In this document: in pieces, positions 38,070 through 47,777 of the stretch
Layout of the letters: each line of letters opens with the position of its first letter
How positions within the stretch are numbered: the first letter of the stretch is position 1
Source of the DNA: a virus
Taxonomy: Duplodnaviria > Heunggongvirae > Uroviricota > Caudoviricetes
DNA length: 63,257 nt
Direction: 5' to 3' (one strand)
Virus record (IMG/VR): IMGVR_UViG_3300032167_002310
Notes under the pieces: generated by a model
The model's input: only the letters and a program-made list of their open reading frames with translations
Database searches by the model: none
Told to the model about the DNA's origin: nothing
Program-made: the position numbers and the translations under genes

Positions 38070-40375
38070 CTGTGTTTAACCCTCATTAAAGTTTCTTGCT
38101 GCTTACCAAGATTGAAAGCAGATTTAAAGTCACCAGTCAAGTAGCCAGTTACACGGCGCAAACGCTGAATTTCGGTGCAGCCGCACATTGGACATTCATC
38201 GTTAATTTCATCAGTATAGCCACAATTCATACAAGTATCATTTGGGACATTAACTGCGAAATAAGGAATGTCTTTATTCATAGCATAGTCAACAATCATT
38301 TCTAATGCATCAATATTATTCTTAATACCAGAGTCAAGCTCTACATAAGTAATACAACCAGCAGAAGAATAACCAGTCAACTGAGATTCAATATCAATCT
38401 TTTCAAAAGGACTCATTTCTCTCCAAACAGGAACATGGATACTGTTAGTAAAGAAGTCTTTATCAGAAACATTAGGAATTCTGCCATACTTAGCCTGGAA
38501 TTTCTTCATAGCGGTGTAGCAGAGATTCTCAGCAGGAGTATAGTAAACACCAAAGTTCAACTGATATTGTCGCTTGAATTCGGCACAGCGGTCTTTAAAC
38601 AACTGTTCAATTCTCTTAGCAAGCTCCATACCTTTTTCAGTAGTATGGTCACAACCAATTAAAATTTGAAGTGTTTCTGCTAATCCAAGCTGACCAAGTG
38701 CTAATGTACCATGCTTCAATGCAGAACGAATGTCCTTACCATCATATCCTGCCATAGTTCCGTTCTCATACATGAACTTAGCCGCACTTGACTTCTGAGA
38801 GCAAATATACTCAAAACGCTCGAGCAGCATATCTTTTGCTTCGTGAATCTTTACATCCAAGAGTTGCATAAAGAACTCAATGGTGTCGTTCTCAAGGTCG
38901 CCGCAAGGCGTAATTTCATAATACTTAACAGCCTGCATAGCTAAAGTAGGCATAATAACAGTTACAGGGCAAATATTGCCACGGCCATCTTTACGCTGAC
39001 CGAGACCGTTAATATCCCAACCATTAGCAGTTCTACAACCCATAGTAGAGAAATAAGTACAAGGGTCATTTACATCATAACCAGCGTTACCAGACCAATC
39101 CACATTCGCATAGTTAGGATAAAGTCTTGTTGCAGTAGACGCAAGAGCCATTCTCTTCAAATCATAGTTAGGAGTACCTGGCTCTTTATTAACACCAGAC
39201 ATAAGCTGGAAGATACCACAAGGGAAGATAGAGGTCTTGCGCAAACGACCAGTTCCTTTAAGAGAACCATCAATAAGAGCTTTGATAACTAATCTACCTT
39301 CTGGGCTTGTACAAGTACCATAGTTAATAGAAGTGAAAGGAAGCTGGTTGCCGCTTCTGGACTGAAGAGTATTGAGGTTGTGATACATACCCTCAACAGC
39401 CTGCTTAGTTTCACAAATAGTATCATAAAGTGCGCCTTGGTAAAGAACTGGGTCAAGTTTTGCCTTATTGTCCAATCTAAAGTCAGCTTCTGTTAAACCA
39501 AACTTATTAAGGAATACGGCTTTATTTTCATCAACCCACTCGTCAAATTTATTACGAATAATTCCAACTTCATCTTTATAGTTGTCGAACAACATACCCA
39601 TTAAATCCAATCCCAAGAAATCAGGAGTTGTCTTTAAGTATCCAACAACATAGTGCTTAAAGAAAGACTTGCGCACATATGGAACAGCAGTCCAGTCAAG
39701 GTGAGTTGCAGAAACGCCACCAAACTGCTGTAAACTCTGAAGCTGGAATAAAACAGCAACGAGCTGGAACATTGTATTCACAGAGTTAGCTGGGCGCACG
39801 TCTGTCTGACGAGTATTAAAACCATTAGCGAGCAAATCATCAAATGGAATAGAAAGACAGTTGTGCATACCAACGGCATATGCGCCAAGGTCATGAATAT
39901 AAATTTCATTATTCTCGTGGTTAGCACGAGCCATAGGAGAAACGCAGAAATCTAATGCGTATCTCTTGGTTAAATAATCAGTAGCTTCGCCCATTCTTCC
40001 GCCGAAAGAATGTTCATCAACGTTTGCGTTCTGGTTCTGAACGTTGGAAGCCTGAAGCTTTTCTGAAATAGCAGCCAAGAAATCATCTGAGTAGTTTCTT
40101 GCTACTTCCTTCTTATATCTATAACGAATATATGCGCGGGCTACGTCACGACGCTCGGAGCGCATGAGAAAGTCCTCAACACAATTCTGAATAGCTTCAA
40201 CGGAAATATCAGAAGAAGATTTTTCTACTAAACTTTCAATTTCATCAGCAATATCTTCGGCAGTATCAGTTTCGTACAAAATGCCATCAACATCTAAGAA
40301 CGCACTATTAATAGCATTAATTATCTTTTGTTTGTCAAAAGGAACTTGTGTTCCATCTCTTTTAACAATATACAT
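38066..40375 (-). CDS. nrdD: Anaerobic ribonucleoside-triphosphate reductase (class III RNR)
   Basis: 769 aa; C-terminal zinc ribbon CMNCGYTDEINDECPMCGC and glycyl-radical motif RVTGYLTG near the C-terminus. Confidence 0.9.
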   Translation of the reverse strand: MYIVKRDGTQVPFDKQKIINAINSAFLDVDGILYETDTAEDIADEIESLVEKSSSDISVEAIQNCVEDFLMRSERRDVARAYIRYRYKKEVARNYSDDFLAAISEKLQASNVQNQNANVDEHSFGGRMGEATDYLTKRYALDFCVSPMARANHENNEIYIHDLGAYAVGMHNCLSIPFDDLLANGFNTRQTDVRPANSVNTMFQLVAVLFQLQSLQQFGGVSATHLDWTAVPYVRKSFFKHYVVGYLKTTPDFLGLDLMGMLFDNYKDEVGIIRNKFDEWVDENKAVFLNKFGLTEADFRLDNKAKLDPVLYQGALYDTICETKQAVEGMYHNLNTLQSRSGNQLPFTSINYGTCTSPEGRLVIKALIDGSLKGTGRLRKTSIFPCGIFQLMSGVNKEPGTPNYDLKRMALASTATRLYPNYANVDWSGNAGYDVNDPCTYFSTMGCRTANGWDINGLGQRKDGRGNICPVTVIMPTLAMQAVKYYEITPCGDLENDTIEFFMQLLDVKIHEAKDMLLERFEYICSQKSSAAKFMYENGTMAGYDGKDIRSALKHGTLALGQLGLAETLQILIGCDHTTEKGMELAKRIEQLFKDRCAEFKRQYQLNFGVYYTPAENLCYTAMKKFQAKYGRIPNVSDKDFFTNSIHVPVWREMSPFEKIDIESQLTGYSSAGCITYVELDSGIKNNIDALEMIVDYAMNKDIPYFAVNVPNDTCMNCGYTDEINDECPMCGCTEIQRLRRVTGYLTGDFKSAFNLGKQQETLMRVKHR

Positions 40376-40438
40376 AAATTATTGTTCTCCTTCCTTATAA
40401 AAAATGAATAGATAAAAATGGAGATAGAAACCCCATAC

Positions 40439-40470
40439 ATTATATGAGAATTTATATAACCAAATTTACC
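40439..40470 (-). promoter_or_regulatory. Weaker candidate promoter upstream of nrdD (TATAAT without TG extension, poor -35)
   Basis: Minus-strand TATAAT is the reverse complement of + 40439-40444; it shares the cattatat core of the conserved promoter motif, but the -35 is degenerate. Confidence 0.3.
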
Positions 40471-40496
40471 TATTCTGCCCTCAGTCCGCCGCTGGT

Positions 40497-41057
40497 TTAG
40501 AGCTGGGACACAATCGTCCTTACAGCTGCCCTAAATTCTTCTCGAGTGTCATTCGGTAGGACTTGGAATTCGAACCCCAAATCTGAAAAGTCATCTCTAT
40601 CAGCCTTAAATCTGCGGATAATTTCATCCACGTCTGGATTCTCTTCTCTATTAAGTTGACGAATTAATCTATTTTTATCAGTAGCATGAACATAGTACAC
40701 GGTCACATCCACAAGTGGAGACTCCAAGAGAGCGTCAATACCATCAGGATTGAATACTCCAATGTTCACAACGTTTTCGTCAAGTGACTGGAGGGCCGTC
40801 CCGTAGAACCAGTCATTAAAACAAGTTGCTTCCAGCATTTCCATATTGAGAACCTTGGCCGCAAATTGCTCATTTGTAAGGTAGAAGTAGTTTACCCCTT
40901 CTTTTTCACCCTCGCGCATTGGGCGCGTAGTACAGCTAATAATCTCATGTAGGCCTGGCGCAGCTTCTAAAACAGCCTGCATCACAGAGTCCTTGCCTGC
41001 GCCAGCCTCTCCAATTAACGCAACAATTTTATACATCTGCGTCCTCCTCAAACTCAT
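40497..41057 (-). CDS. gmk: Guanylate kinase-family nucleoside monophosphate kinase
   Basis: P-loop GEAGAGKDS; CTTRPMREGEKEGVNYFYLTNEQF...FYGT matches the guanylate kinase signature STTR..R.GE.dG..Y.F....F. Confidence 0.75.
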   Translation of the reverse strand: MSLRRTQMYKIVALIGEAGAGKDSVMQAVLEAAPGLHEIISCTTRPMREGEKEGVNYFYLTNEQFAAKVLNMEMLEATCFNDWFYGTALQSLDENVVNIGVFNPDGIDALLESPLVDVTVYYVHATDKNRLIRQLNREENPDVDEIIRRFKADRDDFSDLGFEFQVLPNDTREEFRAAVRTIVSQL

Positions 41058-41256
41058 ATCTCAGCACTCCTGGTACCTCCCCTTCCCAGAAAGTCTGACG
41101 CCCATCACAGTCCTTATTAGTGCATTCAAAAGGATATTGCGCGGGGTAAGAAGTCAATACCATGCCTGTGTGGCGCATAATCGCGCCACACTTATCACAG
41201 TATGCTTCTTCAATATAAGCTCTTTTTACATATTTCTTTTTAAGCATCTTCCTCAA
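41029..41256 (-). CDS. Small zinc-finger protein (75 aa)
   Basis: CDKCG ... CTNKDCDG cysteine pairs; overlaps both neighbours. Confidence 0.35.
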   Translation of the reverse strand: MRKMLKKKYVKRAYIEEAYCDKCGAIMRHTGMVLTSYPAQYPFECTNKDCDGRQTFWEGEVPGVLRYEFEEDADV

Positions 41257-44200
41257 TACCTCTTTGATATCTCTGGTCTTTCAATACCAAGTCACCATTT
41301 TCGTCAATGCTTTCAATTCTATACAACTGATGTCCACCAGTACTCTGATACTTCTTGGCAACAAAATCATCACCAGAACGAATACCTTGAACAACAATCA
41401 TATTTCCACGATTGAACCAAGATTTCTCAACTACGTGCTTAACACCATCAGCTCCCTTTTCGGAAATCTGCTTGTCAAACAATGAGAAATATTCTTTTCT
41501 GAATTTAACATCAACAACTCCTGAATTTGTCAACAGAGTTACTGTGCTCTTGGTTTTATTCTTTGCAATACAAGTTCCACAAATCTTGTGAATCTTAAAA
41601 ATCTTAACTTCTTGTCCTGCACGAGACATGAAGGTTCTTTCAACAATCGGTTCTTCTGGCAGGCTGTGGAAATTAACCAAACCATATTTACCCATGTTTA
41701 CATCTTTCAACTCATGGTCATGATAATAGAAGCAAAGCACTTCCATCTCCCAAGCGGAGATATTTCCAAGAGCATATTTATTCCAATCTTCAAGGAAGAT
41801 TTGAGTATTCAAAGCTTGTAAAATTCCATCTTTATCAGATGCAATCCAATTACGAACTTTATCCATCCAAGGCTGATATGCTTTCTTATCCCATTCGCTT
41901 ATATTTAACATATAGTTATCTGCTACGACATTGAGCAATCCTTCATATCCTAATTCCATTACGAAGTTTAATCCTCTTTCATCAAGATAGTAATACTTAG
42001 GGTCTCTGCCCTTGCACATAGCTTTGAGATATCTATTGAATTCAAAAACTCTTTTTGCAGTTACAAGGTCTTCATTTTCAGTTGGAATGATACCATACTT
42101 AATCAATCCACCCATATTCTGCAAAGTAATTCTCTTTTTCTTATCACAAGTTTCCCAGAGATACCATCCCATACAAAGTTTTCTATCCATCATTTCATCA
42201 AAGGCTCCGCCCTTAATCAAAGAAATCATAGCCTGCTTGCCAGGTTTAACTTTGTTTAAGAAATCTCTTGGAGAAACATAAGGTCTGTTTGCAATCGTGT
42301 TAGCAATAACATCATCACCGACATTCAACATACCCTTCAAACCGAACAAGATTCTATTGTTCTCAACGTCCGGCGCAAAACCATAGTCAGACTTGTTGAT
42401 ATTTGCCAAACTAACTTTGATACCAACTGACATAATATCTCCAATTGCTTTCGCAATCTTACCATAGTCAGTTGAGCCACCTGCTTCTTCATCAGTCGCA
42501 CCACTGTTTACAATTAAGCAAGCAGTGTTCCAATAAATCGGATTGAAATTGATTACAAAGTAGATAGATTGCATACCAACAAAAGAATAAGGAAGTGAAT
42601 GGTTCAAGCTAAACGCATAACCAAGCTGAGGCGCAATCGCATTTTCCCAGAAATAGTCAGCAACCATTCTGTCCTCAAAGCTTCCATATACCTGTTCGCG
42701 CAACTCTGGAATCTTGCTCATTTGTTTCTTACCAACAATCTTACGAGCGTTATTTGCTTCACCGAGCGTAAATCCGGCAACATCCATAAGAAGTTCCATC
42801 ATCTGCTCCTGGAGAGCGCAACATCCCCAATACTGGTCACAATGTTTATGCATTAACTCTCTCTGTTGGTCAGTAAATCTTGCTCTCTGCATTTCTGCAT
42901 CGAATACTTCCAAGCCTTGATTCTGAATACGAACATATCTGTCCTGCTGAGACTCCTTGCCTTTTTCAGACATAAGTCTCATCATAGCGTTCGCTGCAGT
43001 CATCTCCATAGGGTTTTGAGGTTTAAGCTTTTTCGCAATCGCCAAACCTACGCCAGTAGAGAACTGGAATACGTCAAGAACATCACCCAAAGCCAAATGT
43101 TCCCAAAGTCTTGGGTCTGTCGTATCCATAATCTCAGGATGAATGTATTTATTATATAATTCACGAATTGTGAATTCAGCTTCAACAACTTTATCTTTCT
43201 GTAATAACTCGAAACACTTGATAATTTTATCAGAAATTTCAGTTACAAGGAAGTCGTACTTTGTATCACCCGCTGCTTCCGCTTTATGTAGGTCGTAGCA
43301 AGTAATCAAGTCGCCTCCTGGAGTCTTCATGAAAGATGCAGTTTCAAATGGGTCATCACCATAAAGAATAACACCAGACGCATGAGAAGAACGCTTATTT
43401 ACAAGACCTTCAATTCTTTCAATAATATCCAAAAGACCAGGATATTGATTTACTTCACGAATGAAAGCCTGAACTGGTTTTCTACCTTTTTCCTCACTAC
43501 CATGAATAACTTCACTAATAGACCACAAAAATCCACGCTCTTGTGGAATCAGCGAAGACATGTATTGAGCTTGGTCAACATCAATTCCATCTGGGAAGTC
43601 ATCACTCCTGTAGCCTCTGCAAGCCGTGAGAACTGCTGACTTAGTTCCTTCAGTTCCGAAAGTTGCGACCTGAATGAGTCCGAATTCTCCTCGCTCTTTT
43701 CTGATAGCTTCGAAGATTGCTGGTCGTTTACTTGGTGCCAAGTCAATGTCGATATCTGGCAACTCTGCTCTTTCTTTATTGAGGAATCGCCAGTAAGGCA
43801 ACTTCCATCTGATTGGGTCGAGCTGAGTGATTCCAAGTAAGTAGTTCGATAGGAATCCAGTTGCTGAACCTCGTCCAGGGCCAACTGTACTTCCGCATTC
43901 CCAAAATAAGTCGATGTAGTGCTTAAAGGTGTTGAAATATGCGAATAAGCAGTCATCTAACTTCTCTCCAATATATTTAATTACATCAGCTTCGATTTCC
44001 AATCTCTGAGCATATTCACTATTGCCATCGAGATTCATTTCAATCAACTTGTTGATGCATTCATTTGCCCAGTATCTTTCTTGAACATTATCAGACACCA
44101 ACAAATCACGAATTGTTGGATACATATCCCATTCCCAAGCAGAACACTTAGGATAATCTTTTACTTCAACCTTTGGAATAATCTGATTTCTTTCAAGAGA

Positions 44201-45121
44201 ATACCAAGTAATTTTATCTTTAACTTCATTAGTATTATCTAAAATCCACTGAACAATATCTGCAGGATCTTCGTGAATATCCTCTGCATCAAAACATGGT
44301 TTCAAAAGTTCAGTTACTTCTTCTACAGTCATCAAACGAGAGAACTCGTAGAAAGAGTCAACCTCACGCTCGCCACCTTTAGAATTCAGATAAGCCTTAT
44401 GAACTTGTCTATCTTCAGTTGTAAGATAATGTGCATCTGTTCCCACAACCATCTTAACGCCCATTGCTTTTGCAATTCTATAGAGCTTATGATTAACAAT
44501 CATCTGGTCCTGCATAGTGGAAGGCGCACATTCAATATAGAAATCATCACCAAAAACATCTTTACAAAATGTGACAAATTCTACAATCTGACTATGATAC
44601 TCGCGCATTGCTTTAGTATCATTCACATCGGCCGCAAGTTCCATAGCCAAAGCTAAAGTGGAAAGTTCTCCACCCATACATGCTGTAGTCGCAACCACAT
44701 GACCTCTATACTTATTCATTACCTCTTGGAGTTCAGATTTAAGCAGAGGTACACGCTCCATTCGTCTATCTTCATAGCTATTATACCATGCGATAGAACT
44801 CATTTCACGAAGAGCTTTGTGACCCAAAGCATCTTTCGCACCAAGAATGAAGTGGTAATATTTTTGACCACGACTTCTATCTTCAGTTAAATAAATCTCA
44901 TTGCCAAGACCAATCGTGAAATCTGGGTCAATTTCTTTTAGCTTCTTTGCATACTGATTTACCTCCATGTGTGCTGAAAGACACTCATGGTCGGTAATCA
45001 TAATGCCACTGAGACCCATCTCTCTGGCTTTGTCAATGAGAGCTTTTGGTTTGTTAATACAGTCTAACAAACGGATATTGGAATATTCTGTGTGATTATG
45101 AATCCCGAAATAAGTTCCCAT
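41240..45121 (-). CDS. dnaE: DNA polymerase III alpha subunit (DnaE-type replicative polymerase with N-terminal PHP domain)
   Basis: 1293 aa; PHP signature GIHNHTEYSNIRLLD ... GIMITDHECL at the N-terminus. Confidence 0.85.
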   Translation of the reverse strand: MGTYFGIHNHTEYSNIRLLDCINKPKALIDKAREMGLSGIMITDHECLSAHMEVNQYAKKLKEIDPDFTIGLGNEIYLTEDRSRGQKYYHFILGAKDALGHKALREMSSIAWYNSYEDRRMERVPLLKSELQEVMNKYRGHVVATTACMGGELSTLALAMELAADVNDTKAMREYHSQIVEFVTFCKDVFGDDFYIECAPSTMQDQMIVNHKLYRIAKAMGVKMVVGTDAHYLTTEDRQVHKAYLNSKGGEREVDSFYEFSRLMTVEEVTELLKPCFDAEDIHEDPADIVQWILDNTNEVKDKITWYSLERNQIIPKVEVKDYPKCSAWEWDMYPTIRDLLVSDNVQERYWANECINKLIEMNLDGNSEYAQRLEIEADVIKYIGEKLDDCLFAYFNTFKHYIDLFWECGSTVGPGRGSATGFLSNYLLGITQLDPIRWKLPYWRFLNKERAELPDIDIDLAPSKRPAIFEAIRKERGEFGLIQVATFGTEGTKSAVLTACRGYRSDDFPDGIDVDQAQYMSSLIPQERGFLWSISEVIHGSEEKGRKPVQAFIREVNQYPGLLDIIERIEGLVNKRSSHASGVILYGDDPFETASFMKTPGGDLITCYDLHKAEAAGDTKYDFLVTEISDKIIKCFELLQKDKVVEAEFTIRELYNKYIHPEIMDTTDPRLWEHLALGDVLDVFQFSTGVGLAIAKKLKPQNPMEMTAANAMMRLMSEKGKESQQDRYVRIQNQGLEVFDAEMQRARFTDQQRELMHKHCDQYWGCCALQEQMMELLMDVAGFTLGEANNARKIVGKKQMSKIPELREQVYGSFEDRMVADYFWENAIAPQLGYAFSLNHSLPYSFVGMQSIYFVINFNPIYWNTACLIVNSGATDEEAGGSTDYGKIAKAIGDIMSVGIKVSLANINKSDYGFAPDVENNRILFGLKGMLNVGDDVIANTIANRPYVSPRDFLNKVKPGKQAMISLIKGGAFDEMMDRKLCMGWYLWETCDKKKRITLQNMGGLIKYGIIPTENEDLVTAKRVFEFNRYLKAMCKGRDPKYYYLDERGLNFVMELGYEGLLNVVADNYMLNISEWDKKAYQPWMDKVRNWIASDKDGILQALNTQIFLEDWNKYALGNISAWEMEVLCFYYHDHELKDVNMGKYGLVNFHSLPEEPIVERTFMSRAGQEVKIFKIHKICGTCIAKNKTKSTVTLLTNSGVVDVKFRKEYFSLFDKQISEKGADGVKHVVEKSWFNRGNMIVVQGIRSGDDFVAKKYQSTGGHQLYRIESIDENGDLVLKDQRYQRGIEEDA

Positions 45122-45161
45122 TCGACTTTTCCTTTCATCTTTTTATAACTTCTTTACTTAT

Positions 45162-45190
45162 ATTATATCATATTTTTCATTAAATGTCAA
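45162..45190 (-). promoter_or_regulatory. Consensus extended -10 promoter (TTGACA-N17-TGaTATAAT) upstream of dnaE
   Basis: Minus-strand TTGACA is rc of + 45185-45190; 17-nt spacer; TGATATAAT is rc of + 45162-45170. Confidence 0.75.
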
Positions 45191-45365
45191 CTGGTTGCCC
45201 GTCAGCTTCAAGTCTATCCAAAAGGACTTGTAAGATGTAGGCTGCCGCAGTAAAATCTGTTGTTTGGTCAAGCAAGAATCTGGCAAAAGCTTCACTCTTA
45301 ACAATACGACTTACTTCATCTAAGTTAACTTCAACTTCCATATTCCAATCTATTTTTTCTGCCAT
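45180..45365 (-). CDS. Hypothetical protein (61 aa)
   Basis: Small ORF coupled to the upstream gene. Confidence 0.3.
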   Translation of the reverse strand: MAEKIDWNMEVEVNLDEVSRIVKSEAFARFLLDQTTDFTAAAYILQVLLDRLEADGQPVDI

Positions 45366-45366
45366 A

Positions 45367-45993
45367 TTATTTTACCTCTTTATAATAATACTCATACATT
45401 AACTTCCAAGTAGCAAACAAATGTCTGTACATCGGAGGAATCCACCAAGAGCTGCCACAGAGGACTACTCTATCAATTTTATCAAGATATTTTTCTAATT
45501 TATAAAAATCAAATGGAAGCTCTAATACTTCTTGAGGGTAATACTTTGCGTCAATAATATCAGTGTCAAATTCTGAATTGCCATTAGCAACCCATGTGTA
45601 ACTATTGATGCGATCTCGGTCAGTTAGATATTTTACCCAGTCACCAACGCTTGCAAAATCTAACTCTTCATCCCAGTGTTGACAAATATATCCATATCCA
45701 ATGTCATGATGATAATCTACATTGATTAAATCAAATTTCTCTAAGTCAGCAGTACAATCTACAATTTCCGCATGATTATCAATGAAATAAAAAACATCTT
45801 TATCTAAGCGTTCAAAAAGTTTCATTAAAAACTCTGTTAAATTTTGATATAAACCAAGGTCGGCCGTAGCTCCCCACATATGAGGGAAATGAGTTGCCAT
45901 ATCTTCAAATTTATATTCTTCTCTAATAAAATTGTTATAGGTAGGTAAACTTAAATACATAATTGTATCAAAATCAATAGTTAATACTGTCAT
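45367..45993 (-). CDS. Hypothetical protein (208 aa) with His/Asp-rich putative metal-binding motifs
   Basis: FIDNHAEIVD and INVDYHHDIGYGY, which resembles the deacetylase/arginase-fold DxDxHHGDG motif; weak. Confidence 0.4.
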   Translation of the reverse strand: MTVLTIDFDTIMYLSLPTYNNFIREEYKFEDMATHFPHMWGATADLGLYQNLTEFLMKLFERLDKDVFYFIDNHAEIVDCTADLEKFDLINVDYHHDIGYGYICQHWDEELDFASVGDWVKYLTDRDRINSYTWVANGNSEFDTDIIDAKYYPQEVLELPFDFYKLEKYLDKIDRVVLCGSSWWIPPMYRHLFATWKLMYEYYYKEVK

Positions 45994-47171
45994 CTATAAT
46001 TCCTCACAATCACTAATCTATCTACTGCACGAGTAGCGGCCGTATAGAGCCAGCGCGCATGCATTTCTGCATCACCTTTAAGCCACTCTTCAAGAACTAA
46101 AACTTTACCATATTCAGAACCCTGTGACTTATGGCAAGTAATACAATAGCCATAATCAAATTCTTTAGGCCTCCAAATCTTAGGGAAAGATTTCCAGTTT
46201 TTTTGATTTACTGTTGTTTCACCTTCGTTCAACAACTTATAATCCATATTTACATTTCTGAATATCAAATCTTGAGGTGACAGCATTAGGTCTTCATCCG
46301 TCACTCCCTCTGGTATAAAATCTGCTAACATTTGAGGTTTCAAGAAATAGTGGTTATCATTGAAAGTAACATTACTCAAATATCCGATACTTCCATTAAC
46401 CATTACATCTCCCGCCTCGTTCGGATTCTCCCAGTCGTTGCGCACACAAATTACCTTATCCCCTTCGATAGGACGAGGGTCAGTGACGCCATGAATCATC
46501 TGGCGCATCTGATGATTTACCAGTCTTCTGGTTTCATTCTTCGCTACGATTACTTGGTCAGCCCAAGTAAGCATTCCGTCAACCATATCACACTGGTCAA
46601 TAACCTGCACTTGCTTACCCTTAAAAAGTTCAAGAGGCTTGCCCGCACGAATGTCCATAGTCAACTTAATAATTTCACTATCTTCCTCTTGGCGCATAAT
46701 CTCGTCCAAAAAGATATGAGCATCCTTAAGAACTCCATTATCTTTACCTACTGGTGGCAGCTGGAACGGGTCACCAAGAGCAATAACATGAATATTATGA
46801 GAAAGAAGCAACTGCCAAATTTCATCAGGCAACATAGAAATCTCGTCTACAACAATTAACTTATAAGGATAAATTGGTCTACGAGGTCTGTGTGCGAAGG
46901 TGCCATCATTTCTCGGATAAGATTGATAAAGTAGTCTATGTGCGGTCATGGCATTGGGGCAACCTTTGTCCTTGAGGACAAGGGCTGCTTTGCCAGTAAA
47001 AGCGATATATGCAATATCGGTTTGACGGAGGTTTAGAGCGGATACAATGAACTTAACCAGAGTGGACTTTCCTGTACCGGCGTAACCAGCAATACAGGTA
47101 TATGGAGCGTCTTCATTGTAACGCTTTACAGCAAGCTCCAATCCTTCCTGTTGTTTCTTTGTTAATTCCAT
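45990..47171 (-). CDS. RecD/Dda-like SF1 DNA helicase
   Basis: Walker A GYAGTGKST, Walker B LIVVDEISML, C-terminal YCITCHKSQGSEY...LYTAATRAVDRLVIV (RecD motifs V/VI). Confidence 0.8.
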   Translation of the reverse strand: MELTKKQQEGLELAVKRYNEDAPYTCIAGYAGTGKSTLVKFIVSALNLRQTDIAYIAFTGKAALVLKDKGCPNAMTAHRLLYQSYPRNDGTFAHRPRRPIYPYKLIVVDEISMLPDEIWQLLLSHNIHVIALGDPFQLPPVGKDNGVLKDAHIFLDEIMRQEEDSEIIKLTMDIRAGKPLELFKGKQVQVIDQCDMVDGMLTWADQVIVAKNETRRLVNHQMRQMIHGVTDPRPIEGDKVICVRNDWENPNEAGDVMVNGSIGYLSNVTFNDNHYFLKPQMLADFIPEGVTDEDLMLSPQDLIFRNVNMDYKLLNEGETTVNQKNWKSFPKIWRPKEFDYGYCITCHKSQGSEYGKVLVLEEWLKGDAEMHARWLYTAATRAVDRLVIVRNYR

Positions 47172-47183
47172 TCATATTCTCCT

Positions 47184-47777
47184 TTATTCACAATAACAAT
47201 CGGAATCATCATCGTCATCCCAATCATCATCTTCATATTCATAATCATCATCGTCGCTCGTCCACTCGGCGCTGTTGAATGCGGCAATGGGGTTCGAGAG
47301 ATCGATATCTCGGCAAATCATGGTTTCATATGGGCAACCCCAAACGCAGCCTTCTACATAAAGGGTATCTTCATCCCAATCAAAATAAATAGGACAGAAG
47401 CCACAGCCGAACTTTTTATCATCAATATCAACATATGACTTGGCTTCCATATCATCCAAGTTCACAATAGTGATGCACTGGTAATCACCAGAAGTGATAA
47501 TGTAATCTACCCCATTTTGTTCGACAAAAATTGCTTCAAAAGATGGGTAGTTGCGCACGAACTCAAACATTACAGTACCATTACTGCAAATCTGAATGAG
47601 TGAAGAACCCCATACATGGTCGTCGGTAGCGTGCTTAAAACTCTGTTTAATAACACTATAAGGTTGAGGTAAATCTCTTACTTGATATGAAATATCCTTA
47701 ACCTCATGAATAATATAATTTTCCAGTAAACGCTGCTTATCTAATAGTGCAACTTCTTGATAGTTTTGTCTTTGCAT
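47184..47777 (-). CDS. Cys-rich protein with an extremely acidic C-terminal tail (197 aa)
   Basis: CGFCPIY...CVWGCP cysteine cluster; C-terminus SDDDDYEYEDDDWDDDDDSDCYCE; start codon overlaps the stop of the upstream HD gene. Confidence 0.45.
   Translation of the reverse strand: MQRQNYQEVALLDKQRLLENYIIHEVKDISYQVRDLPQPYSVIKQSFKHATDDHVWGSSLIQICSNGTVMFEFVRNYPSFEAIFVEQNGVDYIITSGDYQCITIVNLDDMEAKSYVDIDDKKFGCGFCPIYFDWDEDTLYVEGCVWGCPYETMICRDIDLSNPIAAFNSAEWTSDDDDYEYEDDDWDDDDDSDCYCE

Noticed and set aside
46332-46859. 175-aa + strand ORF inside the RecD-like helicase gene
   Set aside because: Antisense to a gene with unambiguous helicase motifs. No independent signals.
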